DNA of 64,000 nucleotides from Microbotryum violaceum. Lineage: Eukaryota. The position numbers and the translations under genes are program-made. The DNA lies in NCBI GenBank assembly GCA_001244265.2, contig LN717261.1, positions 2,061,591 through 2,125,590 of the forward strand, written 5' to 3'. Position 1 is the stretch's first letter. Each line of letters opens with the position of its first letter. Below are positions 12,952 to 26,584 of this stretch, in pieces. The notes under the pieces are model-generated. The model was not told where the DNA came from and did no database searches. It saw only the letters and a program-made list of their open reading frames with translations.

Positions 12952-13338
12952 GGGAGCAGAGTGAGGCTCCTACGTAAGATCGCAATTGAGGTTTGCACCA
13001 CATGGTTTTTGCACTTTCCTTTTTATCTCGATTCTCCGTGAACGGTGCTTGAAGCTGTTTAAGCGATCCAGGAACACAGCGAGAGAGAGAGAGGGAAAGA
13101 GAAAGCGAAATAATTATATGAGTCTTCAAGTTTTGACGCGAACACTGAGTTCTCCGAAGAGGAGACGCGCCCATCCGCACCCTGAACGCCGGGCCAAAAC
13201 TCGGCTTGTCGTAGCTTTTTCTCTCACCCCACTTTGGCGGCATACCCGAGGCCGCAAGCTCCGTTTCACTTTGCTAAGTGAACGCGTGCTCGTCGCCCAT
13301 CGCCCGTGTTGGACTTTCATCCCGCCCCTCTTGGACTC

Positions 13339-16314
13339 ATGTCGACCCGAGCCTCGTCCGAAGTCGCCTCTGCGCCAGGTGCGCTTGATGGGACCGGCAT
13401 GCTGGTCGAGGGCGACGACGAGACAGCAGGCGTCGGAGGCACACCGCCGGCTTCGCACGATACAGATGCACCGTCGTCGCCTGGTTCCTCGTCGGCGTTC
13501 GGCGGAGATAGAAAACCGAATAAGGATGCGAAGGCCAAAGGTCGCTTCACCTGCGATGCATGTACGTCGCGAGGCTGGTGGTGGTGGTGGTGCACGTTAA
13601 TGCCGCTGCTGCGAGATACTAAGCGATGACCGAGCTCAGCCATGGATCGGCGTCGGCACTGACGTCGGCTTGCGATCTTGTTGCACAGGCAAGCTGAGGA
13701 AAGTAAGGTGCATCCAAGAAGGACAGAGCTGCGTGCAGTGCTCTCGGCATGGCATCCGTACGTCTCTGTAGCGCAAACTCCGGCGAGCGAGTGCGATCTT
13801 GTCGATGCCGCGGAACTCGAAATCCGAGCTTGAATCGAGATCGAGCTACTCTCGCTGACTCCGGAACTGCGCTTCGGTATCGCACTATGCATCATTTCAT
13901 TTCCTCAACAGCATGTACATTCACACCACATGTGCGCAAGAAAATGGAGCCCCGTGCTGGCAAACGGATCGTGCTGGCCAAGTCAGTCCCGGCTACGGCA
14001 CAAGTAGAAGGGCAAGGGCCTGAGGCCGATGACGAATACTGACGCTTACTGTGGGTCTTTTCTCGGACGTACGCGTAGAACGGGGGGCACACTCGTCGAC
14101 TCGGCTGCTGCTCGCGAGCACGGCACGGCGTTGTTGAAAACATCCGCTAGTTCGAACCCGGTGTCGCTTTCTCAGCTCGGCAAGGACGGACAGCCGCTTT
14201 CACTCGTCGCTCGTCGACTCCAGAACGCAGTAGCAGCTCGTGTCGCCACATCCATGTCCAAGGATACCGGAATAAGCGCTGAGAACGAGGAAGTGCCTTA
14301 CCGACAGCCCGCCGCGGTCCCTTTTTCAAGCGTGGTGGCGGCGCAGCGTGCTGAAGCCATCGCCAGGGAAGCGGCGAGAGAGGCTAGGGAAGCCATTAGG
14401 CTATATAACGAAAGTCCTCTGGTTCGCTACTCTGGCGACACGCTCGCCGATCAGCAACTCAGCACAGCTCTTATCACCCACCTCATCGAACGTGAGTAGG
14501 CCGCCATCTGCAGCGTGCGGCGGAATTTTCTGACGGGTGTGGATGTGCCTTCCTTTTGCCTGCGAATAGTGTTCAAAGCGACGCCTCAATACTGGCTGGG
14601 CTTGTTCTCTCTTCCAGTTCTCTCCAGCCAAGTGCAAGCCGTCAACGGCCGTTTATACGACTTGCCTGCTTCGACCCAGGTGCTCGCGCGCTCGGTCATC
14701 GCCCTCACCGCATGCATCTCGTCCCACCCTCTACTCTTCACGACCACAGAATCAACGCCGTCTTACTATACCCACTCTTCTCGGATTCCCTCTTTCAAGA
14801 GCATCAATCGGAATATACCAAGCCTCTTTGGTGAATCCGATCTGCGTGAATTTGGCAAGCGAAGGGCCCACGCGTGCGACAAGTTGAGGGAGCAAGCGAT
14901 TGGGCTGGCTTGGGAGTATGGAGCGCTGGTACACGGCGGGAGAGAAAACGTTGCGAGTTGTCATTTGTTGGGGACACTGATCGGAGGTGAGCCCATCGCG
15001 ACCGGAGCCATTTCCCCGCATACAGGCGAGCCAAGCTGACTGCGGTTTGGGCCTGATTTCTGAGACCATGCAGTCACCTCACCAATGGCAGGGAAACCGT
15101 ACAGTGTCGCGCACGCCACGCACTTGCGTGAGTTGTGTGTCGAAGGGATCCCGGATCCCGAAACGGAGTGGACTTTCCTAATTGTAAGCAGTAACCGCCC
15201 TTCGTCAGCACTTCCACAAGCCTGCGCTCAATTGATGCGCATTTTTCCGCAGCTCCTCGAGGCTTTGAACTCGCTCAGCTCGTCAACGATCTCGATTTTT
15301 GAAGAGGCGGACGAGTTACTGCTCGCAGGATTGGCTCCCGAACCCCTCGAAAGTAGCGCATCGGCAGCCGCGACTCTGAAATCGGCCGAAGTTTTTGATC
15401 GATGCCTTTACCCCTTCCTTTACCACGCCACGCATCTGGCACGAAGATGTGTTCGCCAAATTTCGGGGACTTTCGCCCGATCTCATTGGCTCGACGAAGC
15501 TGTCGTTGCCTCTTATCTCTCCGATCTCGAATTACTAGGCGCACTGCGCTCAAAACTCGACACAACCGCGGAAAGCTTGCTCGACGACAAGTCCTCAATG
15601 CCTGCTCACGATGGTGACTCTCAAGTAGAAGTGCTTTCCGCCATTCGCTTCATGGTGACGGTAGCTTGGTCCTCTCTTGTTCTACCACTCTTGCTCAATC
15701 TCCAGGCTCGCATCGACAGCTTCGAAACGTCAAATGAATCAGGCAAGCATGCAACCTCGGACACGACCAAACGTAGGGCCGTTGCAGTGGATCTGTTGGC
15801 GGAAGTCTATCGACGGGTAGGGATTCGTGCTGGTGCCATGCTGGCGGAACGAGTGCGTGACGTCCCGTCATTAGCTTGGCTGACGCCGGGGTTGATGCCG
15901 CTACGCCTCGCCGAGTGGACCAAGCTGCTGATTCGCCTTCCGGCGGCGCCTGGCGAGGCTCTCGAAGGAGCGCTCGCTGGGGGATCCTTATCGGTTGGGG
16001 AGAAAGCCGAAAGGCTCGAGTGGCTATTGAACGGCATGCGACTCGCCGGATGGGCGACTGTGAGCTCCGACACCGATGAGGCTGTCACCGAGGTAGAGAA
16101 CTTCTTGATCAGCCCGCCTGGCGATGAGCTCCGAGAGGACACCTTGGACGTTGAAGCGAGCTCGCCCAATGAAGGGGAAGCAAGCGGCGTAATTTACGAG
16201 GCAGAGGGATCCGATGGACAAGGGGATACGAGGTTTCTCATTACCGACCACGATCCAAAACAAGACCCTGAGGCAGTAGACGACGAAGGAATGCATGATG
16301 CGTACGGGCTGTAG
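13339..16314 (+). CDS. Zn(II)2Cys6 fungal transcription factor, multi-exon
   Basis: Splicing out the introns at ~13562-13688 and ~13758-13910 gives CDACKLRKVRCIQEGQSCVQCSRHGIPC (Cx2Cx6Cx6Cx2Cx6C). Helical middle region, acidic tail, stop at 16314. Confidence 0.85.
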
Positions 16315-17315
16315 CACCAGTCCGGAAAGGTGGTGTCGTGCGACTGTGGTTTTTGGTTGTCTTGTGCTTGTAATCACATCTATGTTATGACAAATTAGGA
16401 CGCCAAGTCCCGTCAAAGTCTTCTCTTTCGCCATTTAGGGTTCAGAGTAAGTGTGAGTTGGACTCGATGGGCTCCGCCTCTTGGAAACTTGCTATCACCG
16501 GCCCGACACAAGCCACGTGCACGGCGGGCCAGATTCCCGCGCAGTCGCACCGTGAGTGATCGGAGATGAGGGGGGAGGGATTGATGCTGCTTTGGTCGAT
16601 TCAGTGAAGATTCAGTAGTCTCGGGACACCCTGGGGTCCCTCAACGCCGGTGGTGTAAGGCCGCCCCCCTTGAGACCAGGCCTTCGACCCCGTAGCCGAC
16701 GTCAAGACTGACACTGGCGCACGGACCCTCGGCCTCCCTCAATAAGGACGCCCTTCCCCATATCTCTCTTTCTCTCTTTCCTCTCTCTTGGTAGTTAACT
16801 TCTAGCTGAAACCCAGTAAAGACGTTTAACAAGTATCCTCTCTCGGCCGTTACTACATCGACTTCGATCTACAACCGTCCTCGCGACCTTCTGTAGGGCG
16901 AAACCCTTACAGGTGGGGCCGCGCACGAGACAAAGTCACGTGACATAGCTCCGAAGCCAGGGACATTGTAGTTAGAGGCCCGAGCGCTTTGGCGCAGGCT
17001 CTCGCAGGCAGCGAGGGCTATAGTAGGGGCTAGCGAAGGCATGAGAGGGTCGAGCTTGTCCCCCGTGCCCCCGTCGGTGAAAGGTTGTGAGTGTACTCGT
17101 CACTGCGGTCGCTCTGGTGCGATACAAGACTCATTTGCTCTCTGACGTCCGCTCTCTGCGCTTGCTGTCCGACTGTAGCCTCTTTGACTTTCCCCTGCCA
17201 TCGCTCGTTCTCGTTCGCGGACCTGGGTTCTTCAAGCTCGACGCAAAGGACCGGATACTTGAACCCACCTGGACTGTTCTGCCCATCTCGCCCGCCCAAG
17301 CTGCATTTTTCCTAA

Positions 17316-20304
17316 ATGGTCGCAGCACCCGAGAGCGTTCAGGCGCAAGTCGCGGCCGAACAGCAAGTGCACCAACAGCAGAAGGCTCAGGCTAAGCTCG
17401 CGTCGAAGGATGGCGCTGCTCCGTCTGCGAATGGTGAGTCGAGGTTTCGATCCTTCTCTGCAGCCCGTCATTGGATTTGGGGCTTGCACCTCTTCGACGG
17501 TCAAAATGGTCTCCATCCATGAGGTGCGCTTACCACGTAGCTGGTTCAGCATCGCTGTCTGGGCTAGGTCGTTGGTATGCTTGTGTCGCATGCAATCACG
17601 CCTAGGCTCCGGCATATATATGCGGGGGTCCCGAAGTTTTTCGCAGCGCCCTTGCGCGCACGGGCGCGCTGCTCGCCGAGATGGACTCCGAAATACGAAT
17701 CCCTGGGACGGATCAGGCTGGATCGGCCCGAATGTGCCTCTTGCCCGAAAGATCTTCAATTCGCCGTCGAGCACAGCTATGGTCCGAGATGATTACATCG
17801 GTGCCCCTGCTGGCCCGGGTCACCTCCCCACTTTCGACGCTGTGGTGTCTGTGGCTATATTCAGATAGGCCGCCGCTTTGCGATCCAACCTCGCTCGTCC
17901 ATCGATGGAATGTGTGCATACACTTACCCCCACTTTCCCCCCTATCACTGGCACAGTTGACGACTTGGCTGTCGTTGACCACCAAGGCGTCCCGTCTCCC
18001 GCCCCGTCGCCATACCACTTGATGTCGCACAACAGCAACTTCGATCCCACGCCGGCCCCTCCGCCTCAAGCGAACCTTCCCCCACGCGAAGTGGCCAAGT
18101 TGATCCCCTGTCGATACTTCCCGCAAGGCACTTGCAAGTATGGTGATTCGTGCATTTTCTCCCACGGAATTCCGGGCGTGGCTGGCTCCCCAGGTGTTGC
18201 CCCATCACCCTCCGTTCAGGCCCAACTCCTGCGTAGTTCGACTCAGCCGGCCGATCCTCAAACCGTCCTTCACCAGCAAGCCCAACACTTTCCGTCGCAG
18301 CAAGACGAGTACCTCCATGGGATGCCCATGTATTATCCCGAGCAGCACATTGAGCAATACGGCTATTCCCATCACCTCCATCACCACCAGCACCATCAGC
18401 AACAACAGCAACCATTTTCGCCTCAGGGAGCCTTCTATCCCTTCCCTCCACCTTTCTTCGGCGCCCAACATTACCAGCAAGCGCCGCCACCGCCGCCCCA
18501 ACCGTTCTATCATATGCCCCAAGCGCAGCAGCAAGCTCCGCAAATTTCGAATACCGCGTTGTCTAGCGAGAGTCGTGCTTTTTCCCCGGCCTCGACGGGA
18601 TACATCAACGCTTCGAACCCTGCTCTGGCCTCGATTGCCCCGCAACCTCTTTCTACCTCACCGACCACTCCAGCCTCTCCGTCTCGTGATAATTTAAGTG
18701 CGCCATCGCCTCCAGGAACAAGTCCCCTACTGTTCGCCGCTGCGTCCGCTAGCCAGACCGATTACGCTCCTGCCCAGTCCCAAAGCGCGGCAGCCTCGAT
18801 GTCTCCGTCCTCTGCGGACCATTCAATCATTCCGACCTTCCACAACTTACTCCAGAGCGACATTTTAGCACTCAACGGATGGGATGGCTCCACTTCGCCC
18901 TCAGATCCAGCCTCGTCTATCACTCCTGTGAACGTGACCACTAGTTCCAACGGCAAGAACGCACCTCGCAACGGCATCATTGGCCCACATGGCATGCCGC
19001 ACTTCGCAAATGTTCCACGAGCCCGTGGACCGATGATTGGACCAGCTGGAGGCTTTGATAGTGTGAGCAACGGCAAAACCGCTCGTCGCAACTTCCCCGC
19101 CGGGTCACCTCGCCCACCTTGCTCGTTCTTCGAGGCGAACCGGTGCCGAAATCGCGATGCGTGTCCATTCCAACATCTCCTGCCGGACGGCAGCGACGCC
19201 CGTCTGCTAGGTCAAGGCTGGGTTGGTGCTGATGGGCGAACGGACAACCCGGAGGAAAAAGGTGGTCTTCCGGCGACATGGTTGACCAATCCAAACCGGA
19301 AGAAGACGGGCAGCAACGGCGCGTTCTTCCGCAACGGCGCACAAAGCTCCGGTGGGCCCTTCTACAACGGAGTATTACGTCAGCAACGGGGTCGCTTCGA
19401 GGAAGAGCAAGCTCGCCTGAGAGCAAACACGCAAGCTCAAGTAGCTGCCGCGGGTCACAACGGAGTGGCGGGTGAATCGCCACCTGGCGTCCCTGAGGTT
19501 TCGTCGGTTCTTGCCGCGAACGGTTCCCGTCTGCATCCTGGGGGAGCCGCACCGCAACTCGTCGCCGCTATCCACGGCCTTACTCGTCGTATCCCACCAG
19601 TGCAGCCCCGAGATGTTCAGGCGCCACATCTGCCCGTCGCTGCGCCAAGTGGATCTAAAGGGCCGGCAGTTTTGACGAATGGCGATCGCAGCAAACTGTC
19701 GAGTGCTCTTTCGCGTGCGGCCCAGCGCGTGCCTTCTGGCGAAGACTTCCCCGCTTTGACCCCAGGTTCCCCTTCTCCTTCCTTCGAATCGTCAGTCGCT
19801 CAGCCTGAAGTGACGGCGGCTTCGCAACGTTCAACATCTTCCGCCGGCGTCGCTCTTGAAGCACCTGCAGAAGCTCAGCAGATTGATGACCCTGGCCTTG
19901 ACAGTGCTGTGGTCGATTCGGACTTCGTGATGGTCAATCACTCGGATGCCCCCGCTTCGGAGACCGCTGGCACCCCGTCCACTGAACCCTCATCCAGTCC
20001 CCTCGCTTCGGCCCCAGTTCTCGGAGCAGCGGCCATGGCCGCACCGTCCCGCCTTGTCGATTCGTTCGCGTCCGCCGCCGCCAGGGGCGCCCCCGTCGTT
20101 CTACCAGAAAAGTCGAAGAAGGCATCTTCGTCGTTCACGCCCACCCTTGCCACTGCCGCCCGCGGCACCGCCCCTGACACCGCCCCTGCTTTCAAGGATT
20201 GGAAAGACTCCTCGGCGCCAAAGAAAGGAGGCGGCCCCGCCCTCAAGAAACACGCTTCTTTAACGATGTCAAATCCCGCTACCCCGTTCGCTGTCAAGGC
20301 TTGA
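17316..20304 (+). CDS. Two-CCCH zinc-finger, P/Q/S-rich putative RNA-binding protein
   Basis: CRYFPQGTCKYGDSCIFSH and CSFFEANRCRNRDACPFQH in the 808-aa ORF 17878-20304, plus an EDFPAL motif. Probable first exon 17316-17433 (MVAAPES..., GTGAGT donor); the 5' model is uncertain. Confidence 0.8.
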
Positions 20305-21042
20305 CTCTTGCTGCTTGTCTACGCTTCTTTGGATTGCCATTGCTTCACTTGGTTGTGCAGTTCCTGCCTCAGCGAAGGAACTCTGGTCTTGCTCGCTTTG
20401 TGAATTCTAGACCTCCACACATACTCATTTGTATTTGTTCAAACTCACACTTGATCCTGTTCGCTTCTCGCTTCGTATGTACTGTGTGTTATCAAGTCTT
20501 CATAGCCTTAATTCGTGGCCTTGCTCGACTGCCTTTGAACGCGGCCCGCCCACGACTGATCCAGTGGTCGCACTGACAGACTCGAGAGCGGGGCCGAGCC
20601 TCCGATATGGGATTCACTGCAGTGAGGCCTAACATGCCTAGCAAGCTACCAGATCTTGCTTGCCTTGAGCCAAGAGGCCTCCACCTTACATACTTTTCGT
20701 CTTCCACTGCCCGCTTATGAGGACAAGTGAGTTCACGAGTCCAACCCTTCAAGTTGGCCTGCCATGCAGCCTAAACTTTTTGGTAACCGCTTACCCACCG
20801 CTAGCGCTGGCGGCAGTGCAGTGGCAACGCAGGTCACATCACAATGACATACTTCGAATGCGCTCTCATTGCAGAGAAAATCACATGATTCGATACAGGG
20901 TCGACAGTACGCCAAAATAATGGAATTTCAAGGGAGAGAAGAGCCGCTTAGGCGGGCGAAAAGTGATGGGGGCTGGGCGTATGTCTGTTCAGCTTTAGCG
21001 GTCAGAGTTCCGCGCTCAAGGAAGAGCGCGCATCCGTGCACC

Positions 21043-21185
21043 ACCGGAGCGCTCAACGTGTTTTCCTAGCCCCTCCGGAGCGCTCAGCGTCCTACCCTCT
21101 CCAGAGCGCTCAGCGTCCTAGCCTCCCCGGAGTGCTCAGCGTATTTTCCTAGCCTCTCCGGAGCGCTCAGCGTACTTTCCTAGGC
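21043..21185. repeat. Minisatellite, ~5 copies of CCGGAGCGCTCAGCGT..CCTAGCCTCT
   Basis: Directly visible 25-31 bp degenerate tandem units. Confidence 0.85.
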
Positions 21186-21460
21186 GCTTGGTCGCTCGTC
21201 GAGCGTCTCTTGTCGGCCAAGTAATACGATGAACAGTCTCCGACTGAACGACGTTTGTGCCGATCTTTATTGATGAACATAAATAATATATAATAAATGG
21301 TTTTGGTTTGGGCTTGGGGGCGAATTCCCTCACGACACGGCCCCGCGAAGAAACCGGCGGGGCAGCGCAAGCAAGGGGAGGCAAACCGGGGAGGCGGGCG
21401 GGGAAGCAAAATTTATGGAGTTTCGAGCGAGCAACAGGCGATGTTGCGAGCGAGAATAGT

Positions 21461-21546
21461 TGGTTCTAGTAAGAGGGAGTGATTCACACCGCACTCGCCT
21501 TTCGACTCGCTCGGCGCGCCCGTTGGTCGCCTTTGGCAATCGGCCA
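21461..21546 (-). repeat. Short dispersed repeat, inverted partner of 10246-10362
   Basis: Reverse complement aligns over ~80 bp. The ORF track shows the same RGSDSHRTRLST peptide on opposite strands. Confidence 0.8.
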
Positions 21547-21571
21547 GGCGCTTGGTCGCTCGTCGACTCAT

Positions 21572-22365
21572 CAGCAAAATGGCCAAACGCACGTAAGCGC
21601 GCGAAACCTCGTAAAGCAGTCGTTAAGCGGCCTAGAGCTGCTCTTAAGCGCCCTTAACCACTCGTTAAGCCGCACGCGCGTTAAGTGTCGCTTAAGTGTA
21701 CCCTAGATAAGGGACTCTTACGGGGCACTTAGGACGCGGTCACAGGCAGAAAGTCGGCTTTGAGGGGCCAGGGACTGCTGAGGTGGAGGTTTTGAGGGGC
21801 CTCCACCGCGTCTTGTTGTGACCGAGCATAGACTTAGGACTTCGCGGGTTAGGGTAGCTGCGCAGTCGCTCTCCTGTCTTTGTCTCGACCGAGTTGGGAA
21901 GTGACGGCGGGGTGGGCCTCTTGTCGTTAGTAATCCGTTTTATTACTCTTTTCTCTTTCTCTCTCTCTCTCCTTCTCTCTCTCATTCGTCTCCTGGGGGG
22001 GGAGCAACCGCTTGGCTGGGGCACTTGAATCCCAAGTATCGGATTGGTGGACACCGGCCCGTTTCTCGCATCTTGCGGGCGATTTGTGTTATCATCGTCG
22101 ACTTCCATCTAGTTCTAGTTTTTCCGTAGGCCAATCATGGGGAACAGGAATTGGAGGCAATATGATGAACGTTTTCTACAAAAAAAAGGGGGGGGGGGGG
22201 GACGCGCCGTAAGCGCGCTTAAGACTCCTCGCGTGCTTTGTTTGCATACGCAAAGCGGTCCGTAAGCCCTCTTATGCGGCGTAAAGCGGTCCCAAAGCGA
22301 CTTTATCCGAACCACAGACCGTGTTTTAAGCGGCTGTTTAGGCAGTCTTATTTTCGCAGCCCCTG
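21572..22365. mobile_element. Possible non-autonomous hAT-like DNA element with TAAGCG subterminal repeats
   Basis: Clusters of (T)TAAGC(G) at 21590-21740 and 22205-22340. The right end reads CAGGGGCTGCGAAAA on minus. Left end incomplete, no TSD seen. Confidence 0.35.
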
Positions 22366-22472
22366 ATCTGTTGTCATTATAAACCTATGTTACACTCATA
22401 CACTAAAGTCAAGTGAAGAGAGACTCTTCAAAGTCGCAAGCCCGTTGGGCTGTGATCCTCATCTCGTCACTG

Positions 22473-22810
22473 ATAGCAAAAAAGGTGGATATTTTGAGGA
22501 TGGCTTTGGGACGGGGCCAGGACGGCTGTGGGATGGCCGAGGGATGGTTGCCATCCTGGGATGACCGTGGACGATCACGGCGCACTACCAGAGTTGGGCG
22601 CTTTAACTCTGCGACCATCCCGGGACCGTCCTGGGACCGTCCCCGCGACAGGCGCACCAATGCTGGGACCGTCCGGGGACCATCCCGGGACCCGCGCCGA
22701 TCCTGGGATGATCCTGGGATGGTCCAGGAATTGACGGCGGTCTGGGCACGGGACGGCGCGGGGATAGTCCTGGGTCCCAGGATGATCCCGAGATGGTGCC
22801 AGGATAGTTG
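22473..22810 (+). repeat. Terminus A of CMC/CACTA-like element: ~38-bp terminal motif plus GGGA(C/T)/(A/G)TCCC subterminal repeats
   Basis: ATAGCAAAAAAGGTGGATATTTTGAGGATGGCTTTGG followed by dense direct and inverted CCCGGGAC/ATCCTGGGA motifs. Similar to 31540-31860. Confidence 0.7.
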
Positions 22811-24463
22811 TGGTATCGATTAGTAGGCAATCTAATTTTTACTTATGCATACTCGTAATGCTTGATTCATTTGTAATCACTTTTGCGGTCGTTCTCTCGC
22901 TGTAATCGGGTGCGGTTTTCACATGCAATACAGCACAAGGCTAAACAAAAAACGTAAAATGACATCTGCTACTCAAAACTGCTCTAGTCGCGCATACAAG
23001 GCACCTACCGGACGTCGTGGCTGCGCCCGATGACGGCCAACACTTCATTCTGTCGGGGCCAATAGAGCGTGTCAACGGCCTGCTCTATGTTCGAGACTCT
23101 AGTACTAATAGCTAGCAAGTAGCCGAGAGAGAGCGGTTGACCCAGACCTGCTGCTATGGTAAGCTGTCGGGGACATTGTCGGTGAACCGCGAGCGAGTCA
23201 GCTGAGCCCCTGACTTCAAGGCTCTGAAGCCGAAAAGCGACCGAGCGGCTCGAAGATGAACTGGCGGTGACTCACTTTGGGCTATAAAATGCATTTGTAT
23301 GATTGGTGTTCTGTACAAATCTGGTTGATGGTCAGTGTATGGCCTTGAGCCGTCAACAGCCTGGCGGAGGCGTAGGGGCTCACTATGGTGTCCAAACGAA
23401 TCTAACTACGACAGAGATGGAGAATTGACAAACCTCAGCACGAACATCAGCAAAGCTGGAAGCGACAAAAAGAGGGAAGAAGAGCTAAACGAGGTCGGAG
23501 GTGTGGGACGAGAGGGAGAGACTAACCCGAATCGGCACAGGGGCTAGCCAGTCAGCCCATCTGGGGAAGGAACGTAAAGCCCACCAGAGAGCAAGTCAGC
23601 TAGGCAAAGTATTGCGATCATGGATAGAAGATTCGTTAAGTGGAGAGTGAAGCATATCACACACTGTACAGTCAAGAGCGGAATGGCAACGGGCGGGAGT
23701 GCGTAGACAGGAGAAGTCCCGCCCGTTGAGACGGGAGAACCGTGCACAACAAGGGTGACGACGCTCCGCACGGTGAGTCGGGCAGCCCATGAGGACCTTG
23801 TCGTTTGCTACTCACCTGATGTATCGATTGTTCAACCCGTACCTGTGGGCTTGAAGAGTGGTGGATAGCCAAGTGAGGGTAGTAGCAGCATCCAGGCGGG
23901 CGAGGTCAAGTCGAGTCCAGGTCGACCATGAACGTGGCCCGTCGGTCGCACCATCAAATCGCCCGCACCAAACATGCCCATAGACAGTAGAGTACGAAGG
24001 CAAGAATGGTCCTTCATCATGATTCGAGGCTAACCGGTGAGTAAGGGTCAGCGGGCGTCGCCTCGCCGATGATGACTGGGGACCCTCTTGTGACTGGGTG
24101 AGCGAGCGCGTGAGTGGAGCAGAGGCAAGGACTGTTAAGACCGAATCGCGTCGGCTGTCTCTTATGTCTCGGCCTCTCTCGGCAGCTCTCGGCTCTCTTG
24201 GCCCACCTTGGCACTCCTTTGCGAACGAAACCCGGGTCCGCAGCTTTCCTCGACTTATATATATGTTTCTTGTCCGAGTTATGTCCTTCGTCACTTGGAC
24301 TATGGTTCTAGAAGGGTACCAGGTCCGTATCTTCATTCGACTGCAGCGAAGTTGCGACTAAGGGTTTCATCACTCCGAGTCCGAGTCGAGTCGGGGTCAA
24401 AGGCGCGGAAAGGGAAGCTCGCGTTGCAGATCGGCAGGAGTGAATTCGTGTAGGTGTAGAACT

Positions 24464-25170
24464 TCAAATTGTGGGCAAAGCGTATGGGTTGTTAATAGTC
24501 AGACCAAGAGAGGTGTAGTTTTGGAAGAGCTGGGGTTTTTCGTTAGACATGAGCATGTCAGGTCCGACCACTCTCGGCAACTTCTTGTTCCTCTTCTCCG
24601 CCGCATGCTTGAAGCTGACAACAGGCGTCAAGCCCAACAGCGGTAGGGTCTTCCACTTCTGAGACATCCACTCGATAACGAAGAACAAGCGTGGTACGTT
24701 GCGTTCGCTTCTTGAGACCATGATGCCGTCGACGCGAGCAAAGGCGTACAGGAAGTGAGGTTCGTCCTCCGGGGCAGCAAAGCATACGAAGTCGCCAACA
24801 TTGATGGTGACCAGTCGTTCCAAAATGCGATCATCGTATACGACCTTCTCATAGTACTGTACTTTGCCCCTCTCTGGTGTGGCGAAAGAGGTTAAAGCGA
24901 TTTCGTAGGACTTCATATAGGCCTGCCGCACCGACAGGGCAAATGCGCGATGTTTGTCGGTGGCCACATTGAACAACGTAGGTGGAAATTCCGACTGCTC
25001 TATGCGGTTCTGAGTCCAGTTCTTCGATAGGTAGATCCTCTCGATACTACAACGGCATCATGGGTGCGTATCAGTTTGATCCCTTGCAGCGCCGGAAGTG
25101 CCGGCCACCCGAGGCTTCAACTCGCTGAACTCACCGCTGCGGGATAGAAAGTGCTGTGGGGATACAAATC
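24464..25170 (-). pseudogene. C-terminal half of the CMC/CACTA-like transposase
   Basis: IERIYLSKNW...VQYYEKVVY...INVGDFV...YAFARVDGIM...LFFVIEW, the beta-rich C-terminal pattern I recall for this fungal family. No N-terminus upstream, only an AT-rich/Helitron junction. Confidence 0.6.
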
Positions 25171-25399
25171 TATGAATGAAGACATAGTCTGAACTTAATA
25201 GTAATATTATTAGGGCCATAACGATCTGGTTTAGGGTTATCTTTAGGATAAGGGATAAGAACATCTCTTAAGCTGTTATATTGAGAATTTAGTACATCAA
25301 TTCAATATTGTTCGGCTCCTTTTTTTTGCTGGGCAAAAAAAAAAAGCGCTTGATAAATCAACAGGATCTAACTCTAAAATGAGCAATTCAAGTACATCA

Positions 25400-26584
25400 A
25401 TACTACAAATCGTCGACGCTTGCATCATGAATGCTCACTTCTGGGGGGAAGTTGGGGTGCTGCGTCTCTCTGTAAGTAGCAGTCCTTGCCTGACTTTTAG
25501 ACCCTATACTAACAGCGGCACTGTGCAAGCGCAGACAAACATGCGTCTTCTGGCCGCTGCAGACCGCATCACCGAAACGGAACAGGCAAAGGCACAGGAT
25601 TTTGCAAATTGGCTCTTAGGAGTTGGAGACGGCTCGGCGAACAAAACAGAAGACTCTATCGCGCTCCCACGTGAGCTTCTCCTGCCGGCGACCACGACGA
25701 ACAGCTCCGGGTTGATCAGACACGTCTATCCCGCCCGCGCTCGAACTGGACAATATGTCGATAGGCGAAAAGGTCGAATATTCCGAGAGCGAGCAAAACT
25801 GGCGCCCAAAAATTCGCAGGTGGATCACATCAACGACTTGGTGCTCGCTCGATCTGCTGCTGGGTGACGCTCAAACGTTCTACAGCGCTTTCAGTGATGA
25901 AATGAAGGCTCTGTACATTTGACTACCGTACTAGGCTTCCGTTACTGAACAGTACCGTTGTCACAAACGGGATCTTGCGACTTGTGCCCTTGGCTCACGT
26001 GATCTCACTCGGACCACGTGACCTCGGCTCGCTTCGAGTACGGGTCCTCGCTTCAGTATCGCACGTGATCACGTCTTGATCACATGATCTCGCTTCGCTT
26101 ACATCATCAGCTCACTTGGTCACATGGTCTCGCTTTGGGTACATCTATTGTACATGTGTTCTCGCCTGGTCCATGTGGTCTTGCCTGGTCCACGTGATCT
26201 GGCTCGGTCACATGACTTCGTTTGGCTCTTATCATCTCGCTTGATGCACATGACTTCGTTTCATGGACACGTGTTCCTTTGCATTCTATCCTGTGCATAA
26301 AAAGTGTCCAGTGTGATAGCTTGTTTCTCTTTCTCTTTTCTGCAACTCGGATCTTGCAAAAGGTCACATCCTTGCTCTCGCCCCTCGTCCTCGCCTCTCT
26401 CGGGAAGTCCTTGGAACATCTCTCGACTTGTCCCTCGTCCCTCGCCTCGAGCCCCTACGTCCGGCTCACCTCTCCTATCTCTTTGCCCCTTCGTGATAAC
26501 CGTAGCTGTTTCAGCGAAGTACATCACATTGCAGGTCAACGGTTACGGTGTGAGGTGGCGCGCGGAGCCCGCCGCCGAACCTAG
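25400..26584 (+). mobile_element. Helitron family 2 derivative (Pif1 fragment, hairpin and CTAG end)
   Basis: [40 protein letters not shown]. Ends GGCGCGCGGAGCCCGCC-GCCGAAC-CTAG|T. Confidence 0.8.

Noticed and set aside
16500-17870. snoRNA or other ncRNA in the intergenic region or long first intron
   Set aside because: Only a short hairpin and an imperfect box C; no convincing C/D pair or tRNA fold.
25160-25171. Exact in-frame fusion SDP|RFVS for the split transposase
   Set aside because: The phase of the following GTGAGT..TAG intron favours another frame (ICIPTALSIPQR), so the precise junction cannot be claimed.
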